A DNA stretch of 64,000 bases from Thermoanaerobaculia bacterium (GTDB taxonomy: Bacteria > Acidobacteriota > Thermoanaerobaculia > UBA5066). Position 1 is the first letter of the stretch; each line of letters opens with the position of its first letter. This document shows, one piece after another, positions 24,759-35,066 of the stretch. The notes beneath the pieces were generated by a model. That model was not told the DNA's origin. It ran no database searches and saw only the letters and a program-made list of their open reading frames with translations. The translations under genes were made by a program, and so were the position numbers. Location: contig DATKLW010000195.1 of the NCBI GenBank assembly GCA_035542215.1, forward strand, positions 4,520 through 68,519, read 5' to 3'.

Positions 24759-25096
24759 GCGTTTTCCTCACGTCCGACATTCACGAACAGTTTTCCGGCT
24801 TCGAGCTTCGTGCGATAAACCGTAAGGCCAAGTTCCGGCGCGTCGAGGAACCTGCCCGTTCGCACATCGAATCGCCAGTCATGGCATCCGCAGACGACCG
24901 TGAAGCCCTCCAGCCGTCCCCCGGACAGCGGACACGCCATGTGCGCGCACTTGCCCGCAACGGCGTAGACCGCGCCGCCGACGCGAGCGAGAAGGACATT
25001 CACCCCGAGCGGATAGGCCGCAGCCATGCGACCGTCTCTCAGCGCATTGTCGTCCAACGCGTAGGTCCATTCGGCGGCTCTGGTTGACTCATCCAC
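24755..25096 (-). CDS. Rieske [2Fe-2S] domain protein
   Basis: It carries the motif GKCAHMACPLSGGRLEGFTVVCGCHDWRFD. The track start at 25114 is a TTG lying inside the TTGC of the sigma-54 -12 element, so I prefer the in-frame GTG at 25096. The start is uncertain. Confidence 0.75.
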   Translation of the reverse strand: MDESTRAAEWTYALDDNALRDGRMAAAYPLGVNVLLARVGGAVYAVAGKCAHMACPLSGGRLEGFTVVCGCHDWRFDVRTGRFLDAPELGLTVYRTKLEAGKLFVNVGREENA

Positions 25097-25110
25097 GACC
25101 TCAAGTTTCC

Positions 25111-25125
25111 GCAAGGCTCGTGCCA
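25111..25125 (-). promoter_or_regulatory. sigma-54 promoter candidate for the Rieske/Grx/FTR-like/Rieske operon
   Basis: The minus-strand sequence is TGGCACGagccTTGC, a full match to TGGCACG-N4-TTGC. It lies in the divergent gap before the ABC transporter genes. Confidence 0.6.
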
Positions 25126-25192
25126 GCGCGTCGGCCGCGGCGACTGAGCCGAGGCCAACGATTTTCGGCTAACCTCAGGGCGAGATCCGAAA

Positions 25193-25987
25193 ATGGGTGA
25201 CGGCCAAGAGTCGAGGGTGTCCGCCAGCCCGGCTTCGGGCGACGGGCCGCGTGCCGTCGGATCGACGCCGCTGTTCGCCCTGCGCCGGGTCACGCTGGAG
25301 CGGGGCCAGTCGGTCATTCTGCGAGACGTCTCGCTCGATCTACCGCGCACCGAGATCACCGCGCTGATCGGCCCGTCGGGCGCCGGCAAGACATCGCTCC
25401 TCCGCCTCCTGAACCGGCTCGACGATCCTTCCTCAGGCGAAGTCTGGTTCAACGACCAACCAATCACGAGCACTCCGGTTGGCGCGCTGCGCCGCCGCGT
25501 CGGGTTCGTTTTCCAGAAGCCGGTTCTCTTCCCGGGCACGGTCGCCGACAACCTGCAGACGGCCGTAGCGCTCGGCGGACCCGCGGAGGCGGGCGGTGCG
25601 CCCCGGGCAGCTCTCGTCCTCGAGGCCGTGGGACTCACGGCCGAGTACGCCGCCCGGGAGACGGCGGAGCTGTCCGGCGGTGAGCAGCAGCGCGTGACAA
25701 TCGCCCGCGTCCTCATGACCCGTCCCGAGGTGCTGCTCCTCGACGAGCCCACGTCGGCGCTCGATCCGGAGGTCGCCGAGCACCTCCTCGTGACGATCCG
25801 GCGTCTCTCGCGGGAACGGGGTGTCGCCGTCATCATGGTGACTCACCGTCTCCACGAAGCCCGGGAGATCAGTACGCACGTGGTGATGCTCGAGGCCGGG
25901 CGCGTCGTCGAAGACGGTACGGCGAATGGAATTTTCTCCGCACCCACCCACGCGCGGACGCGAGAGTACCTCGCTGCCGCCGACTGA
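25193..25987 (+). CDS. ABC transporter ATP-binding protein, FetA/YbbL-like
   Basis: It has Walker A GPSGAGKTS, signature LSGGEQQRVTIARVL and Walker B LLLDEPTSALD. It is paired with a UPF0014-type permease. Confidence 0.85.
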   Translation: MGDGQESRVSASPASGDGPRAVGSTPLFALRRVTLERGQSVILRDVSLDLPRTEITALIGPSGAGKTSLLRLLNRLDDPSSGEVWFNDQPITSTPVGALRRRVGFVFQKPVLFPGTVADNLQTAVALGGPAEAGGAPRAALVLEAVGLTAEYAARETAELSGGEQQRVTIARVLMTRPEVLLLDEPTSALDPEVAEHLLVTIRRLSRERGVAVIMVTHRLHEAREISTHVVMLEAGRVVEDGTANGIFSAPTHARTREYLAAAD

Positions 25988-26004
25988 TCAGGAGGTCCGA
26001 AGCC

Positions 26005-26808
26005 ATGGCGGCCAGAACGATCGACATCTCGTGGATGCATCTCGCGCTCGCGGGAGCGCTCGTCCTGGTTGCGGTCGCCATTTCGGCCTGGCAGCGCCTC
26101 GGCCTCGCGCGGGGCTTCGTCGTGGGCGCAATTCGCGCCGTCATTCAACTGGTCGCCGTCGGTTACGTCCTCGTTTACGTGTTCGCGGCCGAGCGTTGGT
26201 GGCTGGTCCTCGTCGTCCTCGCCGTCATGCTCGTCGCTGCGACGGCGACGGCGACGAATCGCCTGTCCGGCGTCCCCGTGGCCGGGCGCCGGAAGCTTCG
26301 GACGATTTCCGGGACGGCGATGCTCGTGGGGGCAGGGCTCACGCTCGCGTACGTCACCGTCGTCGTGCTGAACGTTCGGCCGTGGTACGAGCCGCGATAT
26401 CTGATCCCGCTCTTCGGGATGATCGTCGGAAGCGCGATGAACGGCGCTGCCTTGGCCGCCGAGCGGCTGGCAAGTGAAATGGAGTCCCGGCGCGGCGAGG
26501 TCGAGGCATACCTCGCCTTGGGCGCAGCGCCCGCCCGGGCGGCAGCCGAGCCGGTCCGGCGAGCCCTGGTGGCTTCGCTCATCCCCGCCGTCAACAGCCT
26601 GATGGTCGTCGGCCTTGTCCAGCTTCCGGGAATGATGACGGGACAGATTCTGGCCGGCCAGTCGCCGCTTCTCGCCGTGCGCTACCAGATCGTGGTGGCG
26701 TTCATGCTCGCCGGATCGACGGCGATGACGTCGGTCATCGTCGTCCTCTGGTATCGGCGGACGTTCTTCACGGCGGCGGAGCAGCTCGCGGTGAGCGTTC
26801 CGCTCTAG
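26005..26808 (+). CDS. UPF0014 / FetB (YbbM)-like ABC exporter permease
   Basis: The 267-aa polytopic protein shows ...GLARGFVVGAIRAVIQLVAVGYVLVYVF... and ...MVVGLVQLPGMMTGQILAG..., typical of the YbbM/FetB family. Confidence 0.75.
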   Translation: MAARTIDISWMHLALAGALVLVAVAISAWQRLGLARGFVVGAIRAVIQLVAVGYVLVYVFAAERWWLVLVVLAVMLVAATATATNRLSGVPVAGRRKLRTISGTAMLVGAGLTLAYVTVVVLNVRPWYEPRYLIPLFGMIVGSAMNGAALAAERLASEMESRRGEVEAYLALGAAPARAAAEPVRRALVASLIPAVNSLMVVGLVQLPGMMTGQILAGQSPLLAVRYQIVVAFMLAGSTAMTSVIVVLWYRRTFFTAAEQLAVSVPL

Positions 26809-27218
26809 GGGCCAGACCGGTCACCGGAGCCGTTCGGGCCCGAGGCTTCCAATTCGGCGGCCAATAGCCACTCCTCAGCCTCGAGGCGGCCGCGAAACGG
26901 CCGGACGGCGCAGACGTCCTCGACGAGGATCTCGAGCATCCGCATGGCCCCGTACGAAACGTCATCACCGACGACGACAGCGGTCGGGCCGAGAGCGCCG
27001 TGACGTGCGAGGTCGCGCAGAAGGTCGACCACGCGGCGGACCTCTGCGCCGCTGAGAGCCACGGTGGCTCGAGTGGCGTCGATGAGCTCGGGGAACGGCA
27101 GGCCGCCGTCATCCCGCTCCTTCCGCAGATGGGTGGCGATCTCGGAAAAACCCGCCTCCCCCTCGGCCACCGCGAACAACCATCGGCGCTCACGGTCGAC
27201 CGAATAGGCGATTGGCAT
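26805..27218 (-). CDS. STAS/SEC14-like (SpoIIAA-like) small protein, paralog of 280-672
   Basis: A GGAGG RBS lies 4 nt before the ATG. The product is MPIAYSVDRERRWLFAVAEGEAGFSEIATHL...TAVVVGDDVSYGAMRML...VRPFRGRLEAEEWL. Confidence 0.6.
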   Translation of the reverse strand: MPIAYSVDRERRWLFAVAEGEAGFSEIATHLRKERDDGGLPFPELIDATRATVALSGAEVRRVVDLLRDLARHGALGPTAVVVGDDVSYGAMRMLEILVEDVCAVRPFRGRLEAEEWLLAAELEASGPNGSGDRSGP

Positions 27219-27236
27219 TCCCCCTCCTGCTCGGCG

Positions 27237-28310
27237 CTACGACTTCTTGGTTCCCGTCGACATGTCCTTCGCCCAGGCGGCCTTGGCCGCATCGCTAGCG
27301 GCCTTGGCGGCATCCCTAGCTGCCGTCGCCGCCCTCTCGATGGAACCTCGTGCTTCCGCTCCCGCCTTCCGTGCGGCTTCCTGGTCCGCCTCGAGCGAGC
27401 GCTTGGCGGCTTCCGCGGTCTTCGAGGTCGCGTCTCTGGCCGCCGCGGCCGCCTCCTTCGCGGCGGTCTCGGCCTTTTGCGCAAGCTCCTTGCTCGTCGA
27501 GACCGCTTTCTGGTTCGCTTCGATGACCTTCTTCTCGGCGGCCTCGGAGGCGGCCTGGGCGGTCAGCGCCGCCTGATGAACGTCCGCGGCGACCTTCGCC
27601 GATGCCTCACTGACGGTCTTTCCGGCGAGCTTCGCAGCCGCGACGGCTTTGGCCTCGGCCTCGTGGGCGGCGTCCTCGGCGGCTCGCGAGGCCGCCTTCG
27701 CGGCGTCCTGGGCCCGGTGCATCGCCGTCTTCGTGGACCTTTCCGCGGCGAGGGCGGCCGCCTTCGTGGCGTCCGCCGCTTCCTGTGCCGCGCGCTTTGC
27801 CTCCACCGCCATCTCGTGGGCGGCCTCCTTGTTGGACTCGGAGGCGGCCCGGACGGAGTCTTCCGCCTTTTGGAGCGCGGCGGCCGTCGCGTCCGCGGCG
27901 CTCTTCGCCGACTGCGCGGCATGCGAGGCGAACTCCTTGTCGGCCGCGAGCGCTCTCTGGTATGCGAGCTCGGCTTTTTCGGCTGCGCGTTTGGCTGCGG
28001 CGTTCGCCCGGTCCACGGCGGCCCTGATCTCCTCCGCCGTCTTCTGCGAGTCCTCTTTCGCGGTGGCCTCGAGCGCCTGATTCGCCGCCTCGGCGGCCGC
28101 ATGGGCAGCCGCCCTCGCGTCAGACGCGGCCTTCCGTGCAGCCTCCCGGCTCTCTGCGGCCGGAACGGCCGGCGCGGGGGGCGCCTGATCGGCAAGAGGC
28201 GCCGCGGAAAGCGCCCCGGCGCCCCAGGCGACGGCGGAAGCGGCAATGAGAGTTCGGAAAGCCGATGTGACGAATCTCGTGGTTCGTTGACAGCAGCGGC
28301 GAGAGTTCAT
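27237..28310 (-). CDS. secreted Ala/Glu/Lys-rich amphipathic-helix repeat protein (LEA / apolipoprotein-like), hypothetical
   Basis: A signal-like N-terminus (...RTTRFVTSAFRTLIAASAVAWGAGALSAAP) is followed by ~300 aa of AxxAAxEAxKAA-type low-complexity helix. AAGGAG lies 8 nt before ATG 28310. An alternative ATG is at 28316. Confidence 0.65.
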   Translation of the reverse strand: MNSRRCCQRTTRFVTSAFRTLIAASAVAWGAGALSAAPLADQAPPAPAVPAAESREAARKAASDARAAAHAAAEAANQALEATAKEDSQKTAEEIRAAVDRANAAAKRAAEKAELAYQRALAADKEFASHAAQSAKSAADATAAALQKAEDSVRAASESNKEAAHEMAVEAKRAAQEAADATKAAALAAERSTKTAMHRAQDAAKAASRAAEDAAHEAEAKAVAAAKLAGKTVSEASAKVAADVHQAALTAQAASEAAEKKVIEANQKAVSTSKELAQKAETAAKEAAAAARDATSKTAEAAKRSLEADQEAARKAGAEARGSIERAATAARDAAKAASDAAKAAWAKDMSTGTKKS

Positions 28311-28372
28311 GGTCATTTCTCCTTGAAGTACCGGCGTGGTCGCCAGCGGCGGACAAGCGCGCCCTCCTCATC

Positions 28373-28387
28373 GCAACTGGCGTGCCA
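28373..28387 (-). promoter_or_regulatory. sigma-54 promoter candidate for the LEA-like / STAS-SEC14-like operon
   Basis: The minus-strand sequence is TGGCACGccagTTGC, a full consensus match. The predicted +1 is near 28361, ~50 nt upstream of the start and downstream of the ftsH stop. Confidence 0.65.
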
Positions 28388-28395
28388 TTCCGTCC

Positions 28396-30339
28396 TCAAG
28401 CTGCGGTGGCTGACGGCCGTGCGGCGCCGGGGCTCGGACCCCCTGCCAGCGCCTCCTTCACGGCGCTGCCCGTCACCGTTTCCTGCTTCAGGAGCTGCTG
28501 CGCCAGGATCCGGAGAGCGGCGTGGTGGTCCCGGAGCACCGCCTGCGCCCGCTCGTACTGCTCGGTCACGAGGCGCTGGACTTCGGCGTCGATCACCTGG
28601 CGGGTTTCCGGGCTGATCAGGCTGTTGTCCTCGGTCGATCCGCCGAGGTATTGCATCTGCTGACCGGCGTAACGGACGGAACCGAGCTTTTCACTCATGC
28701 CAAATTCCGTGACCATCCGGCGGGCCAGCTCGGTCGCCCGCTGTATGTCGTCGCTCGCGCCCGTGCTGATGATCCCGAACTCCACCATTTCGCCCGAGCG
28801 CCCGCCGAGCATGACGGCGATCCTGTCCTTCAGCTCGTCGACCGACAGCAGGTAGCGGTCCTCGGTCGGCATCTGCATGGTGTATCCGAGCGCGCCGCGG
28901 CTGTGGGGCACGATGCTGATCTTGCTGACGGGCTCTCCGTGCGGCAGGAGCTCGGCCACCAGCGCGTGGCCGGACTCGTGGAACGCGACGGTGTTTCGTT
29001 CGTGTTCGTTCATCACCCGGCTCTTCTTCTCGGAACCCGCGATCACCCGTTCGATCGCGGCCTCGAAGTCACTCAGGGTGACGGACACGGCCTTGTGCCG
29101 GGCGGCGAGGAGGGCCGCCTCGTTCACGGCGTTCGCCAGGTCCGCGCCGCTGAATCCCGCCGTCATCCGTGCGGCGCGATCTAGGTCGAAGTCCGGTGCG
29201 AGCTTCACGTTCCTGCTATGAATCTTCAGAATCTGGACCCGGCCGACGAGATCCGGATTCCCGATCGCGATCTGGCGGTCGAAGCGGCCGGCGCGCAGAA
29301 GAGCCGGATCGAGCACCTCCGGGCGGTTGGTCGCCGCCATGATGATCACGGGAGCGCTCGTGTCCGTCTTGAAGCCGTCGATTTCCGCGAGGAGCTGGTT
29401 CAGGGTCTGCTCGCGCTCGTCATTGCCGCCCAGGCGCATCACGCCTCCACGGCTCTGGCCGATCGCGTCGATCTCGTCGATGAAGACGATCGCCGGGGCC
29501 GCCTTGCGCGCCTGTTCGAAGAGGTCGCGCACGCGGGCGGCGCCGACGCCGACGAACATCTCCACGAACGCGGAGCCACTGGTCTCGAAGAACGCGACCT
29601 GAGCCTGCCCGGCCGTCGCCTTGGCCAGCAGCGTCTTGCCGGTGCCCGGGGGGCCGACGAGCAGGACGCCCTTGGGGATGTGCCCGCCGAGGCTCGCGAA
29701 CTGGTCGGGTGACTTCAGGAACTGAATGATCTCCTGGAGCTCGGCGATGGCCTCGTCCGCGCCGCCCACGTCCTCGTAGGTGACCTTGACGTCCTCGGGC
29801 TTGACCTCGGTGGCCTTGCTCCGGCCGACGCCGAAGACGGCCCCGAGCCCTCCGCCCGCGGCTCCGCCTCCGCGCCGATACGCCATGTACCAGAAACTGC
29901 CGAGGAGAAGGAGCGGGAGAAAGTACTCCAGCAGGAGTCCGCCCAGGGGGTCCGGCGGATGCTCGAAGTGATACGTGACCTTGGCGGCCTGCAGCTCCTC
30001 GATGAGCCTGGGGTCGCCGGCGGGCGCGGAGACCGTATTGAACGGCACGACGGGAGGGCTTCCGCCCGGCTTGGGGTTCTTCATCTCCCCGACGATGCCC
30101 CGCGCGCCGATCGAGACCTTCGCGATTTGACCGGCTGCCAGTTGTGTCTTGAACTCGCTGTACGGAATCTCTGTGCCCCTCGTCAGCGGCGCCAGGACGA
30201 ACCGCTGGAACAACCACAAGGCGACGAGGCTCGAGAGCACGTAGCTGAGCGTGAACCGGACCTGTCGCCGGCTCTGCTCGTGGCGCTTCTTTTCATCTTC
30301 GGGGGCGGGCTTTCGTGGTGACGTTTCAGGTGCGTTCAT
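28396..30339 (-). CDS. ftsH: ATP-dependent zinc metalloprotease FtsH
   Basis: It shows GPPGTGKTLLAKATAG, an AAA+ second region of homology and the zinc site HESGHALVA. It has N-terminal TM helices and is 647 aa long. Confidence 0.95.
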   Translation of the reverse strand: MNAPETSPRKPAPEDEKKRHEQSRRQVRFTLSYVLSSLVALWLFQRFVLAPLTRGTEIPYSEFKTQLAAGQIAKVSIGARGIVGEMKNPKPGGSPPVVPFNTVSAPAGDPRLIEELQAAKVTYHFEHPPDPLGGLLLEYFLPLLLLGSFWYMAYRRGGGAAGGGLGAVFGVGRSKATEVKPEDVKVTYEDVGGADEAIAELQEIIQFLKSPDQFASLGGHIPKGVLLVGPPGTGKTLLAKATAGQAQVAFFETSGSAFVEMFVGVGAARVRDLFEQARKAAPAIVFIDEIDAIGQSRGGVMRLGGNDEREQTLNQLLAEIDGFKTDTSAPVIIMAATNRPEVLDPALLRAGRFDRQIAIGNPDLVGRVQILKIHSRNVKLAPDFDLDRAARMTAGFSGADLANAVNEAALLAARHKAVSVTLSDFEAAIERVIAGSEKKSRVMNEHERNTVAFHESGHALVAELLPHGEPVSKISIVPHSRGALGYTMQMPTEDRYLLSVDELKDRIAVMLGGRSGEMVEFGIISTGASDDIQRATELARRMVTEFGMSEKLGSVRYAGQQMQYLGGSTEDNSLISPETRQVIDAEVQRLVTEQYERAQAVLRDHHAALRILAQQLLKQETVTGSAVKEALAGGPSPGAARPSATAA

Positions 30340-30362
30340 GTTCCACCCCTAGGTCCTCACGG

Positions 30363-32948
<2,586 letters not shown>

Positions 32949-32991
32949 ACGCTCTCAATCCGTGACTGCATCATCACTCTGGGCGCTTTTC

Positions 32992-33006
32992 GCAAAGGGT
33001 GGGCCA
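32992..33006 (-). promoter_or_regulatory. weak sigma-54-like motif upstream of mgtA
   Basis: The minus-strand sequence is TGGCCCaccctTTGC, with correct GG/GC spacing and only 4/6 in the -24 half. The predicted +1 is near 32980, 32 nt before the ATG. Confidence 0.3.
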
Positions 33007-33137
33007 CGTGAGGCGGCGGCATGTTCGTCGCATGCTCGAACCTGAATGGTGAGAAGCCGATGACGACAGGTCCGGACGGGGGCGCTCGGTGTCAAATTTC
33101 GACGCGAATTGGCACGACTCGATGAGGAGGTGATCAC

Positions 33138-33803
33138 GTGCTCCCGAAGACGTCTCAGGACGGGCCGACGCGAAGACTCGACATATTCACCGAACCGCAG
33201 ACCTCGGACGACACGCTGAGCAGCCTCGGTCCGCTTCGGCCCCTGGCGGGGATCTGGGAGGGCCGCAAGGGGAGCGACGAGCACCCCGTCGAGAATGGTT
33301 CGGAGCAGAACGAATTCGTCGAGCGAGTCGAGCTGCAGCCCATCGACCCGCAGACGAACGGTCCGCAGCTCTTCTACGGGCTTCGCTACCACGTTCATAT
33401 CGTGAAGCCCGGTGAGGTCGAGACCTTCCACGACCAGGTCGGCTACTGGCTCTGGGAGCCCGCGACCCGGACGGTGATCCAGACGGTCGCGATCCCGCGC
33501 GGCCAGGTGCTACTGGCCTCCGGCCCGGCCGAACCCGGCGCGACGAGCTTCGAACTTACGGCTCGAATCGGATCCGAGACGTTCGGCATCTGCTCGAATC
33601 CTTTCCTCCAGAACGCGTTTCGGACGACGGAGTATCGGATCCGGGTGACTGTGAACTCCGACGGGACATGGTCGTACGACGAGGACACGGTCCTTCAGGT
33701 GCTGGGCCGGGGCGAGCCCTTCCACCACCGCGATCGAAACACCCTTTCGAAGATCGCCGACGCAACGCCGAATCCCAGGGCGCGGAGCGCCAAGACTCCG
33801 TGA
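33138..33803 (+). CDS. nitrobindin / THAP4-like heme-binding beta-barrel (DUF1794-like) protein
   Basis: A GAGGAGG RBS lies 7 nt before GTG 33138. The product shows LRPLAGIWEGRKG...LFYGLRYHVHI...HDQVGYWLWEP...FELTA..., a pattern reminiscent of nitrobindin-type lipocalin-like barrels. Confidence 0.55.
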   Translation: MLPKTSQDGPTRRLDIFTEPQTSDDTLSSLGPLRPLAGIWEGRKGSDEHPVENGSEQNEFVERVELQPIDPQTNGPQLFYGLRYHVHIVKPGEVETFHDQVGYWLWEPATRTVIQTVAIPRGQVLLASGPAEPGATSFELTARIGSETFGICSNPFLQNAFRTTEYRIRVTVNSDGTWSYDEDTVLQVLGRGEPFHHRDRNTLSKIADATPNPRARSAKTP

Positions 33804-33818
33804 CATCGGGACGGGCCC

Positions 33819-33968
33819 GCCGTTGAAACGGACCCGCCACTGGCCGCCGCGCGGCATGCCGAGGGCATACGCGGAGTAGGCACGGTTCGCGAAGTTCAGC
33901 ACGACCACGACGTCGTCACGCGGGCCGCCCTTGTCCCAGCGGTGAAACGCGAGGACTTTGTTGCCGTC
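33819..33968 (-). pseudogene. relic of the C-terminal domain of a GH13 enzyme (branching-enzyme-like), about 50 codons
   Basis: The minus-strand translation is DGNKVLAFHRWDKGGPRDDVVVVLNFANRAYSAYALGMPRGGQWRVRFNG. It resembles the C-terminal beta-sandwich of GlgB-type enzymes (...VLAFLR...NFTPVPRHDYRIGVP..G.WRE.LN). No catalytic domain lies upstream, because the DUF308 gene starts at 34083. Confidence 0.45.
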
Positions 33969-33975
33969 CCGAGGC

Positions 33976-33990
33976 TGGCACGACGCGTGC
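33976..33990 (+). promoter_or_regulatory. sigma-54 promoter candidate upstream of the fourth DUF308 gene
   Basis: The sequence is TGGCACGacgcGTGC. The -24 half is perfect and the -12 half is GTGC rather than TTGC, with correct spacing. The predicted +1 is near 34002, 81 nt before ATG 34083. Confidence 0.4.
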
Positions 33991-34082
33991 GAGGACCGCC
34001 GCGACGCGCGCCCGCAGAGTCCGTCGGGGCGACATGGAGGCGTTGAAGTGACGAACCGTGACAACGAGAAGGAGAAACTGCC

Positions 34083-34637
34083 ATGACCGAGATTGACGCT
34101 CTATCGATCGGCCTCCCCCCTGCAATGAGTCACAACTGGGGATGGTTCCTCGCTTTCGGACTCATCCTCCTGGCGCTCGGCGTTGCTGCCATCCTTCGGT
34201 CCTTCGGGTCCACCATCGTCTCGATGGCATTTTTCGGCTGGCTGCTGCTGTTCGCGGGCTTCATCGAGTTCGTCGACGCCTTCATGGTCGGGAAATGGGC
34301 GGGGTTCTTCCTCCACCTGCTGATCGCCATCATGCTCGTCGTCGCTGGCGCCGTGATGGTGGCGAAACCTCTGGCAAGCGCCGAGGCGGCGACTCTCTTC
34401 ATGTCGATGTTCCTTCTGATCGGCGGCGTGTATCAGGTGATCTACGCCCTGTGGACGCATTTGTCCGGCTGGGGTTGGCACGCCCTGAACGGGGGGATCT
34501 CCACCATCCTGGGCATCCTCCTGCTCGCGCAGTGGCCGGTCTCGGGCCTCTGGGCGATCGGCTTGTTTGTCGGCATCGACTTGGTTTTCTACGGCTGGGC
34601 CTGCGTCGCTCTCGCTTTCGAGCTGCACAAGCCGTGA
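34083..34637 (+). CDS. HdeD/DUF308 family membrane protein
   Basis: An AAGGAGAA RBS precedes the start. The product shows NWGWFLAFGLILLALGVAAIL...LLLAQWPVSGLWAIGLFVGIDLVFYG. It is the fourth paralog. Confidence 0.8.
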   Translation: MTEIDALSIGLPPAMSHNWGWFLAFGLILLALGVAAILRSFGSTIVSMAFFGWLLLFAGFIEFVDAFMVGKWAGFFLHLLIAIMLVVAGAVMVAKPLASAEAATLFMSMFLLIGGVYQVIYALWTHLSGWGWHALNGGISTILGILLLAQWPVSGLWAIGLFVGIDLVFYGWACVALAFELHKP

Positions 34638-34658
34638 GCGCGGGGACCGAAAGACATC

Positions 34659-35066
34659 ATGCGAGACGTCGTTTTGTGGATCGATCACCGGGAGGCCGTC
34701 ATCGCGGCCGTCACCGATGACACGGAAGACCTCACGCGATTTCTTTCAGGCATGGAAAAGCACGTCCGCTACTCCGCGTTCGAAGGGGGCGCCGAAGACA
34801 AACGCGACAGGCGCTTCGAAGGGCACCTGGACCATTACTACGATCAGGTCATCGCATCCGTGCGCGACGCCAGGTCCATTCTGATCATCGGCCCCGGCGA
34901 GGCAAGGCACGAAGTCGAGAAACGCCTCCGTTACGAGGGACTCGGCAAGACGATCGTCGCTGTCGAAGCGGCTGACAAGATGACAGACCCTCAGGTCGCG
35001 GCATTGGCGCGAGAGCGGTTCCAGCAACTTCGACGCGGCGATGTGCAAGGGGGCCCTCACGCATGA
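34659..35066 (+). CDS. hypothetical protein (135 aa)
   Basis: The coding potential is good (GC3-rich, no low complexity). The segment ILIIGPGEARHEVEKRL faintly recalls eRF1/Pelota-like or host-attachment-type folds, but I cannot support a family call. Confidence 0.5.
   Translation: MRDVVLWIDHREAVIAAVTDDTEDLTRFLSGMEKHVRYSAFEGGAEDKRDRRFEGHLDHYYDQVIASVRDARSILIIGPGEARHEVEKRLRYEGLGKTIVAVEAADKMTDPQVAALARERFQQLRRGDVQGGPHA

Noticed and set aside
27000-28616. A 538-aa plus-strand ORF and several other ORFs overlapping the Ala-rich gene (27247-27576, 27563-28246, 27649-28080).
   Set aside because: They are low-complexity Gly/Arg/Leu or Pro/Arg translations of the GC-rich Ala-codon repeat. Only the minus-strand frame has an RBS, a signal-like N-terminus and a sigma-54 motif upstream.
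32974-33033. A 19-codon minus-strand mini-ORF (MRRTCRRLTWPTLCEKRPE) in the mgtA leader, considered as a possible mgtL-like leader peptide.
   Set aside because: It has no RBS and none of the Pro-rich or conserved features of known mgtA leader peptides. It overlaps the sigma-54-like motif. It cannot be distinguished from a chance ORF without comparative data.
33110-33124. A perfect TGGCACG heptamer upstream of the nitrobindin-like gene.
   Set aside because: The -12 position reads GATG, with no GC dinucleotide at the required 12-nt register. The motif would also sit only ~14 nt from the GTG start, on top of the GAGGAGG RBS. I judged it a half-site occurring by chance.
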